In this document: one piece after another, positions 13,428-25,100 of the stretch | Numbering within the stretch: position 1 is the stretch's first letter | Layout of the letters: every line of letters begins with the position of its first letter | NCBI GenBank assembly: GCA_021613535.1 | Contig: CP075497.1 | Location: 9,858,001-9,922,000 of the forward strand | Source: Adineta vaga | Taxonomy: Eukaryota; Animalia; Rotifera | Length of the DNA stretch: 64,000 bases | Reading direction: 5' to 3' | The notes under the pieces: model-generated | The model's input: the letters and a program-made list of their open reading frames with translations, nothing else | The model's database searches: none | Told to the model about the DNA's origin: nothing | Made by a program: the position numbers and the translations under genes

Positions 13428-16400
13428 TTATTTTTTAATTAATAATCTATTCTTTCGAGATAGTAATTGAACATGAACATTGGATTGTGGTTTAGTTGAA
13501 TTAGTCGTTGTTAAGCGAAGATTAGAATGATCTATTATCTTTGATCGATTTGTATATGGTACACGTTCAACAAAAACTGGATCTGTGGAGGATTTCAGTG
13601 ATGGTTGTGATGAAATTTGAGTCAAGTCTAAACTATCTAACGTAATTGTATTGTTAATAATCGATTCTTGAGGTTCGTCAGTTATAGATGACTCATTTGA
13701 ACGTATGAATGAAAATGGTATATGAGTCACTTGAACAGGATTCAGCCGCATATCATTAGGAGATTGTATTGATTGACCTACTTCGAGAATACTGAGTGAA
13801 GTAGATCTTTGTGATTTAGTATCATCTTTAAATATTAATGCTTTCTTTCTTGGATAAATTCGAGTCACTCGAACTTTACTTTTCCATTCGGCACTACTTT
13901 GTCTCACAAATGAACTATCAATTGATTTTTTGTCTTTAACAATTTCATCATCATTTAACATTGATGTCGATCGTATTCGTAGATTTGGTAACGAATGTTT
14001 TTGATTCATTCTCTTAACCTTTGAAATAAAAACGTGCGGTGGTAATATCGTTTGAGAATGATCACTCAATTTCGGTCCACTATTGTCACATTCGACATAG
14101 ATCATACTTAACGATTGATTATTATCAATTGATATATTTGGTGATAATTCATCAACTAAATATATTGAACTGACATTTTCATTTGACAAAATTAAAGAAT
14201 AAAGACTTACGATGATATGTTGACTCGTTGGAATAAATACAATGAGGATTGACACAATGATCGATATAAAAATATTCGAATGGTCCGTCACTCGCATATA
14301 TCGAAGCAGTTCGACACCATTTACTAAAATAGAATTTCAATAATAAAAAACATCTTTTTCTAATACATTAATTCAAAATTAGATATGACTGACCAACAAC
14401 AACGCCAGCAAATACAACAAAATATTAAAAGAATAGCAAGCACAATGAAACCAATGATAATTCCAATAATTGGCCATGGAGTAGACGTAGCTAATTATTT
14501 AAAGAGAAAAATTGATGAAAAAAACAACGAATTTTAACAAACGTTTTTGTGTCGTTGTTGCTGTAGTTCTATTTCAAAAGAAAATCGAATTAATTAAAAT
14601 GAAAAACATTTCAAAATGAAAAAAAAATAAAACTTACGAAGTTGTTGATGTTGATCTGTAAACATAGTTTTGAAATTAAAATAAATATTGATTTATTGAT
14701 TTTTTTTTTAAATTTTATTCTACAAAAGAAATACTAACGTTGTCGTCGTTGATGTTGTTGAAGTAGTGGATGTTGTTGATCTATACATAATATATCATAG
14801 AAATTGAGGAAATGATAAAATTTTCTCACTAACGTTGTCGACGATGTTGACGTTGTTGATGTCCTTATAAAACAAAAAAAGAACATATTGGTTTTAAGAT
14901 TCTTTACTTTAAAATGATGATGAAATAGCAGTGTTTGAGAAAGATCATTATGACTATGAATAATTGAAAACAATGTTGTTTCATATCTTTCATCTGTACT
15001 GTACTGTAGAACAAAATTTCAGACAGATGAAGTAGCGCGTATATTTCTTTTCTTATACCTTATTTGAGTCCCACTAGTCATCCTTTTATAAAATGAGGTA
15101 AATAAATATAACTCACGTTGTTGTTGTTGGAATACAAGGTTCACCTGGACAAGAACATATTGAATTTTGTGATACAAAAAATGTAAAGCAATATTGTGCT
15201 GATTGAGCATTTTGACTAAAACAAAAGGTATTCGTCCGTCATCTACTTCTTCCAGTATTTTAAATATAATGAAACCTGTCTATAGCCATTGAACACATAA
15301 CTTGATAGCCAAGTTGTAATACTGTTGGTGTCCATGAAAGTGTTTTGTAATATGTGGTTGCATTAAATTGAATAAGACTTCCTTGAACCATGCCAGGAAA
15401 TGACAATGTAGCAATATCAAGAATAGTTACAGGTGAACTACAATGATTGACTGCAATCAATAATGATGTAAATGTTTGTCCAATTATGACAACTGTACAT
15501 GATTGTTCAAGTGGAATTCCAACAATTTCAGGTGGAGTTGAACATGATGGAGGTGCAACAACATTCACGAGAAACTGAACTGGAACACTACTTAATGATG
15601 TCGTGCTTGTTGAATTAATAAAATCTTCGACCTATAGGGAAAAAGAAATATAACGTTATAGTTAAAAATAAGAAAAACAATATGAACCATTAGTGTAACA
15701 GCAAACCAATCACCAATCACTAGACCAGTAATAATAATGGTACAATTAGGAAAAATCATAGTGCCTGATGGTAATGAACCGGGTGGACATACACCACCAC
15801 ATTCATCCACGCCATTGGATGATGTTGACCATCGACAACGCATTGGATCTCCATCTGCATCAGCTATAGGGACGTGAATTATCGTTGGAACATTCCGAGG
15901 AAGATATATTGGTGACATCATTGTAGCTACAGGAGCATTATTATACAATCCATTATCTGATCGACGTTCTATAATGAAATGTGTTGAAATAGACCAATCA
16001 GCACTTGCAGATGTTGTTAATGGACGCCATGCAGTCTGTTGAAAAGCAGCTGAAAAGTCATCACCTTCTTGTAAATAAACAATATCTGAACGTTGTCCTA
16101 CAACTGTACCGATTGGTGCTGAAATATCGGTACATCGAGGACGGATACTTGGAGGAACATATCCCGCAGAACCAACACCACAATTTCTTATACAAATGAG
16201 TGTTTGTGGTATTAGATTAGTATAAGCTCCAACTGGAATTAAATTAAGTGCTAAGATATCTGCATTTGTACATGGGATACGAGATTGTGTCCATGAATAC
16301 GTTTGAGTAATTACAATGGCTACAGGTGATCCCGTTGCTGATTCATTTAGCGGACGCCAAGTTATTGTACCACCAAGAAAATGTAGTCCATGAACTAAGA

Positions 16401-16458
16401 TTTTCAAGTTACAAATCAAGAGAAAAACACCTGACAACTTCATATTCAAAAAACGCAT
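13428..16458 (-). CDS. Type I membrane protein: signal peptide, HFxGGTITW ectodomain, Thr/Ser mucin stalk from micro-exons, TM helix, Cys cluster, long cytoplasmic tail
   Basis: HFLGGTITW, NNAPVA, DADGDPMRCRWS, ECGGVC motifs. Micro-exons 14834-14863, 14739-14780, 14638-14655, 14543-14568. TM exon 14394-14490 (WPIIGIIIGFIVLAILLIFCCICWRCC). All phases in the stalk-to-tail region are compatible. Confidence 0.8.
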
Positions 16459-16801
16459 AAAATAGCAGAAATATAATCAGCTTTTCTTGACATTTTCTTT
16501 TCGATTGAATTCGAGTATTTATTACTCTTCGCGTAGACATCGAATATAGAAATTGAAAATTCATGCTCATCATTATACGAAAATGGAAACCAGTAAAATA
16601 ATCAAATGTAAATTGATAATACCCATGTTCTTTCTCTTTTACGCATATGACTGTCTGTCTTTCATATTCTACATTTTTCTAACACTATTATAGCATAAAG
16701 AAACCTTGAAAATGAGTTTGACAAAAATTTCGTAAATAGAATACATACACGTACCCTTCAATATAGTGTCAGCATTACATGATGTGTCAAAAATAATCAT
16801 T

Positions 16802-16981
16802 CCCGGGTCAAACTAACCCATCGAATCCGACAAGAATTCATCGGAGGTCATCGGAATCCGACAGGAAGTCGTCGGATGTCGGAAAGTATCGTAATCTACT
16901 GAGATTCTGTCGGACCCTTGAAAATCCGATACTTTCCGACACGGTCCTGCGGAATCCGACCGTCGGATTACTCGTTCTGGG
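16802..16981. mobile_element. ~180-bp GC-rich MITE-like foldback element
   Basis: Starts CCCGGG and ends CTGGG; multiple internal TCCGAC/GTCGGA copies in both orientations; GC-rich island in AT-rich DNA. No clear TSD. Confidence 0.55.
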
Positions 16982-17185
16982 TTTATGAGCGTTGTTAACT
17001 CTAGTAAAGTGATTCGATCTTGAACGAGATATGCTGTGGTATCTTGTATGGTTCTTATTGTGAATAAGTAATCGATGAATAAGAAACACTTAAATAATCA
17101 ACGACGTGGCATGAAACAAGGAGCTATTGTGCCTGAATGTTTTTTTCTCTGTTTGTATAGTGAAGCAAATGCTAAATAAACACTA

Positions 17186-17280
17186 CAGTGAAATCTCTCT
17201 GTGTGAGTACCTCTCGAACAAGGGCACCTCGTTTAAACAGGCACTTGGTCGACCGTCCGATTGATTTTCTATGAGAGCGA
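17186..17280 (+). mobile_element. Solitary Tc1/pogo(Tigger)-like terminal fragment
   Basis: TA|CAGTGAAATCTCTC followed by repeated ACCTC subterminal motifs; no partner TIR found. Confidence 0.4.
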
Positions 17281-17336
17281 ATCGATAATTGAATTAGGTA
17301 AGAAAAGTTAGCACCATATTCGAGTATTTTTTGTCA

Positions 17337-17658
17337 GGATTCGCTTGTAAACTTGTGTTGGTCTTCAAAAAGGTTGTGTTGGATGCAGAATTGAATTCTC
17401 TATCAAATGATGCCAATTTAAATAGGGCTCACCGTCCAAAAACTGAAGTTTTCGACGAAAAACTGGCGTTTTCACCCATTTTTTGAACTTAAAACTTTTG
17501 TATTTCTTGCCCGGATTCGCTTGAGAACTTGTGCTGTGTCTAAGAATGGACGTGTTGGATTTAGAATATAATTCTCTATCAAATTATGTAGTTTTTGACG
17601 AGGGTCACCGAGAGAAAAAAATCGTCACACCCACACCCTTTTTCCCAATTCTGTACAC
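17337..17658. repeat. Diverged direct repeat with 176-bp period (internal repeat of a transposon remnant)
   Basis: GGATTCGCTTG..AACTTGTG..GTGTTGGAT..AATTCTCTATCAAAT..TCACCG occurs at 17337 and again at 17513. Confidence 0.75.
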
Positions 17659-17666
17659 TTTGTGAC

Positions 17667-17812
17667 TAGTGGCGTATCCAGAGGGGGGCTAGGGGGGGCT
17701 CAGCCCCCCCTACCAAGTTTCGAAACTACTGCAAATTTATATGTTTGCCCCCCCTAGAGGGGGCAAAAAATAGGCTGAGCCCCCCTAACAATTTTTTCTG
17801 GCGACGCCACTA
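17667..17812. mobile_element. 146-bp hAT-type MITE with 16-bp TIRs and perfect 8-bp TSD
   Basis: TIRs TAGTGGCGTATCCAGA / TCTGGCGACGCCACTA (14/16 match). TSD TTTGTGAC at 17659-17666 and 17813-17820. Internal GGGGGGCTCAGCCCCCCC palindromes. Confidence 0.9.
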
Positions 17813-18263
17813 TTTGTGACCTTCGATACATTGTAAAATTATTCGTCTAGTCATACTGTCATATATCGTATGATGGTGAAATCAATATCACAAGAATATC
17901 ACGATAAAGAAGTATTTAAATGAATAGATTTTTCTTTTTTTTAATTACAAGTGCTTATATAATACATAATAGAAAGAACAGAAAAAAAAAGTCTCCTGAT
18001 GCATCCAATCGATCTACAACAAAATACAGGAAAAGAAAGAAAAAGATATGAAGAACAAAGAAAAACTGTACAGATACACATAGATCATTTTCGTGTTTGT
18101 TAAAAATCTCTTTTATGTTCATTTCATTTTTCAAAATAATATGAACATAACATGATTTTTGACGAACAAAGGCTTGCTAATACGTGTATGTATTGAGAAA
18201 CAATATTAAAAAGAGATAAACAAATCGACAATATTCTGCCTATATATGAATCCATCTTCTATT

Positions 18264-21186
18264 TTATCGTAAATATTTATTCAAGTCAATAAATGCACAA
18301 TCTGGTAAATTATTCTTGTGCATAAGTTTGTCACATTCATTTAAATATCCAACTAGTACTTCAAGAGCAGGATGTCTTGGCATATCATGTGCTTCTACAA
18401 AGAAAAACAAAGTGATATGGTTTATATGCGTCAGTAGATATATTAATCTACATACCAAGTATAGCACTATTGACAGCACCAGAAACAGTTTCACGTTGTG
18501 ATGGCTCTAATAGATGAGCAAGTGGAGATGATTTTGGATTTGTATACGCTAATAAACTGAATGCATCCTACCAGAGAAGAAAATGTAAAGTAAATCTTAT
18601 ATGATTAGTTTTGATGATTTTACCTGAAGTAATTTATCGTTATGCGGATTATCTCCATGTTCTGTTATGAGTTGTTGTTTAAGTGCATGTAACTCTCGAC
18701 CAAACTGAAGTATTCTCACAAGAAGTTGTTCATCATCTTTTTCTATCGATTTTTTCTGTACATCAGATGATGTTAGTGTTGTTGTCTCCATATCTATCGT
18801 CCGAGTCGATTCTGTACATCCATCATGTTCCATTCCATTAAGAGTATCAGTTGATTTTTTTGAACAACCATTACTATTTGCTGTACCATCGACAAGTTGA
18901 TTAGTATTATTATTATTATCATTGTCTACTAATGTATGACCATTAGAGATTTGATCTGTCGTAGATGAAGAAAAAGAAGAAGAAGACAAAGGATGAGTTA
19001 CTGTTCCATGATTGCTAAAACCATTTGGTGTATTATTGCTAGGTAGATTATCATCAACATCCATTAGATTAACAACAGTATTCGCATTCATTGTTGTTGG
19101 ATGAGAATTTAACTCGGATAATTGACAAGAAATTTGTGATACGTTTGATTCATTATTAGTTTCTGGATGGAAATAACACAGAAAAGTAATTATAGATCGA
19201 AATTATTTGGTCAATTTACCTTGTGATGATTCATTCAAATTACTGGCACTTGTTCGCAGAGATGAAGAATTCATTGCACCATTACTATGCTGTTGTGCTC
19301 GTTCAGACGTGTATGGACTATTAGAACGGGAACGTGTAGTAGATGTATGCGTTTTGGTCACAGGTGATAATGAAGATCGAATTGTAGAATGGAAAGAGTT
19401 TTTCTTTGAGGAGGAAGGACTGTTCGAACGATTTGTATTAGTTGATAGAAAATGATTAGGACATGAAGAATTCGTTGTTATTGACTGAGATGTGGACGAA
19501 GATATTGATGTTTTACAAATTTCACTTTCAGTTCCATTAACCATCTCAATAAATTGACGAACTTTGAGTACAAATAAAAGATTTTTATCATTGAGCAATG
19601 TGGGGAAAAGTTCTTTTGTCTTAATGATTGCATCGGTTGTACGACCTTCGAGAATTAAATGTTGAATAACTAGAAAAAAAAGGTAAACACAAATAAAATT
19701 CTTTGGTCAGACTAAGACGATAGATATTTTACGTTGTCGATTTCGCATTGAATTAAGTTCATCAGCATAAACACTTTCGGCATTTTTATTGAATTGTTCA
19801 GCGGTAGCACAATACCCATAATGGACTAGATAAGTTGAAACAATTCGACGTAATTGTGTTTGATGTAAAAGCTCATTTTCTTTTAATGTACATTCAAATA
19901 TTGCTCGACGCGTTTTTTCTCGATATTCCTAAATAATTTCAGTCAGTCATATTAGTCTTTTTTTATTTAAACAACGTTTGACTTACATCCATATATTTTT
20001 CAATATCGAATTTAAATGGATTGAGACCAAAATTTGCTTCAATAGCTTCATGAGGTGTCTGTAAACCAATTGTAGGATAAATTTCAGTCTATAATTGAAT
20101 AATCAACAAAAGAAAAAAGAATGTTTCAATTTGAAAAAAATCAATTACCGGTATATCTCGAAATGAAGTACCTTGAGAAAGAAAAAACAATCATAAATGA
20201 ATATCGTTGTTGGTATTAAATAAATAAACTTACCAATATTGTAACCATTGCGTGTATAAAAACAAGAATTTTCAAGAAAATTGACACAACATCCCACGTA
20301 ATCACCTGTTGTAAATGTTGGTCCATAAACAATACCTGAGCCTGATGAGCAAAACGAATGACCATCATCACCATGATAACCATATGATCCTTTATCCCAG
20401 CCTGGTAGACGATTGAGATTAACATCAATTGTTGATAAACCAATACCCATATATCTAATCAAAAGAAGAAGAAGAAGAAACAATTACATAACAATCTCAA
20501 TAGATATTCGATTTATTCAATCGAGTCGTATATAGAAAAAGATAGCAACAATGTTGAAAGTCAAGAATATCGAGAAGAAAATAAAATATAATGAATCAAA
20601 ATGGTAGACTCGTTTGAAAGAAAAAAACAAAGATTTATACCTTAAAGATATTTAGAACCTTTTACTAGCAGATAGAATTTCTTTAGTATAAACAATATTT
20701 GTTTATAGAGAAAGACAATTAGTTGGTGGAAATGTGAATTTCAACTTACCCATCACGACCTTTACTTAAAATTTTCACTTCATAATAATAAATACCGGTC
20801 AACGTTGGAATAGGATAATCAGAACGAACACTAGCTGCATCTTTATGTGATTTGCCAGGTCCTAAAAATATTCTATTTTATGACCTTGATGAGATCGCTG
20901 AGAATAACTTACCTTTATATGTAACAACAAGATCATTTTGTTGTAAAACTAACGTTTGTACTTTCTCTTTTGCATTCCATTTCATTGGTAAATGAATATC
21001 ATCACTAACATGTGGATAAAGTTGTGCAAGACGTTCATAACCACTTTTATTATTCGTAGTTCTTGATGTTATTGCTGCTGCTGCTGCAACAGCAGCTGCT
21101 GCTGCAACAGCAGCTGCTGTTGTCGTTGATCTTGTTGCCATTCGTGACGGTGGTAATGCTGGTGCTGTTGTCTCATTATCTGTCAT
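18264..21186 (-). CDS. RANBP9: Ran-binding protein 9/10 (SPRY-LisH-CTLH-CRA; CTLH/GID complex)
   Basis: SPRY: [43 protein letters not shown]. LisH: [22 protein letters not shown]: [19 protein letters not shown]: [11 protein letters not shown]. Confidence 0.93.
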
Positions 21187-21465
21187 TTTTCGAATTTGTC
21201 GAGGTAAACGTCTACGTCTTTGATGTTCAATAGATAGTTTGATAAATTTAAAAGCAAGATAACTGAGATTGAGTATAAAAATTAAACAACATGAAATATA
21301 TGCAAAATTAATCGAACAACTTTCATCCATTCCATTGTTGAAATTAATTTGATTGAAGTAGGAAAATATTAATTGTTAAATGAGCAAATCATATATAAAC
21401 AATAAATAATAACAACAACACAAATCAGCTGACGAGTTCTGTATCGCGTCTATGCAGTCATGTTA

Positions 21466-21475
21466 CAAGATGGCG
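21466..21475 (+). promoter_or_regulatory. YY1-like motif in the short bidirectional promoter between RANBP9 and DUF3605/FANCI
   Basis: CAAGATGGCG within a ~350-bp head-to-head gap. Confidence 0.35.
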
Positions 21476-21535
21476 TACGAATCGCTCTAACGAATCGATT
21501 TTTTTCCTGTTCTTCATCTTCTCTTCTTTGTCATC

Positions 21536-22084
21536 ATGTTGTTGAATATATTCTTGAAAAAACGTTTTCTACATGGAAGAGCTGTATCAACAATTGAATT
21601 GACACGAAATGCTATTGCAAATAAACCACTTCAATGGAATGATTTAATCCAATGGCTACAAGGTGGACAAAAAACGTTACTTTGGCGAGATGAACAATGT
21701 GCTGAACGATATATTCAACATCAAAAATTAGTTTCAAGAGATTATCGATCAATAAATGATTTTATTCGTATACATTATCTTAAATGGAATTTTGATATCG
21801 ATAAAAAGACTGAAAAACGTATTGCTATTTCAAGTTCAAATTCAATTAAAGAACCATTATTAACTCCCAATGATTTTCCATATTATTTAGTTTCAGGAAT
21901 TCAACATTGGGTTATATGGTGTGATCCAATACCGAAAATACCTGAAGAAATTATTGAAAAGATTATTGCAAAAAAATTTCCCTATGAAAAATTTGATAGT
22001 CTTAGTTTTGTTAATCCACCACGTTTGAGATCTGTTTCTGATGTCTTTCATGCACATGTGTTTACACGAAAGAAAAATGAATAA
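21536..22084 (+). CDS. DUF3605 / GIG1-like HIT-fold protein, intronless
   Basis: NDFPYYL..GIQHWVIW, FVNPPRLRSV..VFHAHVF motifs, typical of the mainly fungal/protist DUF3605 family. Confidence 0.85.
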   Translation: MLLNIFLKKRFLHGRAVSTIELTRNAIANKPLQWNDLIQWLQGGQKTLLWRDEQCAERYIQHQKLVSRDYRSINDFIRIHYLKWNFDIDKKTEKRIAISSSNSIKEPLLTPNDFPYYLVSGIQHWVIWCDPIPKIPEEIIEKIIAKKFPYEKFDSLSFVNPPRLRSVSDVFHAHVFTRKKNE

Positions 22085-22119
22085 TAATTGCCTTTTTTTT
22101 TGTTTATGTATTTCTTTAG

Positions 22120-25100
22120 ATGAAAAGAACACAAGTAGAGAATTATGATACAACACCGAAACGATTAAGAACAGCAAATTCATCAATAGATAATACTAAT
22201 AATAATCAATTCGAAAAGGTGGAAGGAAGAAAAAGATAAAATGAAGTTTTTTTTATTCTATTTTGATTTAGTTTATAAATAAATTTCGATCATCGATTGA
22301 TACAAATGATGCAGATTCTCGACCATATGATATTTTTAAACAATATTTAAAAGGTAGATAGATCTATTGGAAGAAAACATTGTTAATCTATACTTATAAT
22401 TCATCATCAATGACAATGATAAGATCTGAAAGTCTCACGTATTTCATTATAGAATGTTTGGATGAAACGACGGATTCAACGGTCCTTCCAACATTCATTA
22501 AAAAGACTATTCATATTGTTGTAACTTCTTCCACACCAACTGTTCATCATCTTGTCTTTACAAAAATTATTGGTCTGATTATAATCTATGTAAAAAAAAT
22601 TTGCTGCTCCCGTTTTTCAATACTATTATTATTATTATTTGCTTTGTTAGCTTGATAATCTATCTTCCGATGCTTTACTTGATATAACACATGAAATAAT
22701 CGCAAAATTAATTGAATCGTCAACTAATGCTGATATGTTAGTTTCCGTTTTCTTTATGAAGAATTTTATATTTACTTTATTTTTCAATAGTATGATTGAA
22801 CTTTTACGAAGTATTTATTTACAACAAGTGAAACGTGATGAAATTCAATCCGCTTCAGGATCAGCAGCAGCTATGTGTGCATCCGTTGTTCAACAATTGA
22901 GCAATACAACGTAAGAAGACAATTGCTTTTATATGTTAAATCATTTATTTGTATTTAGCTGGACTGAAGATAATTATGCAAGTCTTATAGCTATCTTGAA
23001 GTAAACTAATTTGACATAGATTATGAACATTATGATTCTACGTGGAATATTTCCGTTTAGAATAATTCCATTTTCTGATAATGAAAAACGTACATTTATT
23101 GATATTATGTTTCTAATTGATTTTGAATCCAGCGTCGATCAATTGCCCATATTTGTATTAAATATCCTTAAATTATGCAATGATTCTCGATTAGAAAATG
23201 AAATAACAAGTTCAAGTGGATATATTTTCGATCGTTTAATTCACTATTTTATTGATCTTGATAAAAAATCTAATGAGTAATTTCATCTACGTATTATTTT
23301 CCTCTTAATCAATCAGTTTATTTCTAGTAATAAACAGTATACATCCAATGTGCGTCTTTGTATTGTTCATATTTTAAATGCTATTGAATTATCACCTGAA
23401 CTTGGAATGATATTACTTCGAACATTTAAAGTAAAATTCATTTCTATACTTTTTTGTTGTTATTGTTGATCATATAGAAAATTCAAAGTAATGATGTAGC
23501 AAAATTATTTTCACCATTTTGTCTGGCATTTATATTTGCTTTACCAAAAGATCGAACAATAAAAGGAAAAGTAAGTTATGATTAGATCTCGTTGAATTTG
23601 TCATGTTTGTTTGATATGTAGTTTATCAAACAATTAAAAACAGCATTTGATCTTGTTTGTCAAACATTTGAAAAGAATAATGAAGCATTTTGGTTGATAC
23701 TTTTTACTAAAATCAATTATAATGATTTCTATCGTGATTATCTATTACAACTTGCTAAAAAAGAGTAAGAAAAAAGAAAATAAACAAATGAAAATATTCA
23801 ATTATGATTTCATTGAAGATTATTTGGTGGTGATTTAATTCTTTCTGGTTTGATTGATTTTTGCTTCCAATTACTTGATGAATATAGTCAATCACCAATA
23901 CCAGTGAATGAATCATCATTTTCAGTGATTGAGTTATTGAAAACATTAGCATCGAAATGGTTATCAGATATTGTTCGAGTAAGATTTTTAATTTGTTCAT
24001 TTTTTTAACATGATTTGATAAATTTAGTTACATAAAACTGTTCAAGAAGATGTAATACATCGTTTATTCGATCGAATACTTGAAGCGAAAACAAATGATC
24101 GAACAGTGAAACATTTCATTGGTAAATCTTAAAAGGAGATTTTCTATGATAATGAATTTTCTTTTAGAACAATTATATGATGTCATGAAAACGAATAGTC
24201 ATCGATTTGTTAAATGGCCTGAACAATTAAAAGATCGGTTAGATCAAATTTTACAAATGCGTTATGAATTAGCTCATGATGTACTGGATGCATTTAAACC
24301 AATTATTAAATTAAGTGGAAATACACCATTTCGTGAAACCTATTTTCAATTACTTCGCACAGCAATGTATCGACCGTAAGTATAGATAATTTTAAAATCT
24401 ATATATCAGATTTGATGATTTAGTCGTTTGGATTGTCGACGTATGGCTGTTGATGGATATTTGATATTATTAAAACATGCTAAATGGTTAATTCGACCAC
24501 CCGCTGCACAAGCAAGTCAAATGACAATGTTTTCTTTAGTTGAAGTATGTTTTTTTTTAAATCTAATTAGAGAAAATATGAAAAAATATAATCTATCTAG
24601 CGTGGTGCAACACAAATGAATACGATTAATTCAACTCAACGTTCAACCGAGGGTCAATGTATTGAATTATTAATGCAATTAAGACGAAGTCTTACACAAC
24701 AATATGATGTTAGATTAGCTGTTTATGAAGTATGAAACAAAAATTGAAAGATTATTTTCTAGAATTGAATTGATTTTTTCTAGGGTCTATTGCCTGTTCT
24801 TCGTAAAAGTCCTATTCTAATGGCTCCAATTCTTGATATGCTTATTTCACAGATTGCATTATACTATGAACCCATTGGTGATAAATGTACATTGAATTTA
24901 TCATCTTGTTTACTTGAACGTGATGATAGAATACAAATTATTGAACCATTTGTAAGTGAACTGATTCTTTTTTATGAATTTTCTCAAATATCTTTTTCAA
25001 TCAGGCACATTTACTTCATTGTCTATGTCTTTGTTTACATCGTGCTGATTGTTTATTGAAAACAAATTCGAAAATCTTTGATGAAGATCCAGATGTGGCA

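Noticed and set aside
16802-16981. CRISPR-like array, or the 83-aa ORF at 16838-17089
   Set aside because: The repeats are 6-10 bp, irregularly spaced and in both orientations, with no cas genes. The ORF simply reads through the MITE.
21073-21120. GCT/GCA repeat with an 18-bp duplication
   Set aside because: It encodes the ordinary poly-Ala tract at the RANBP9 N-terminus.
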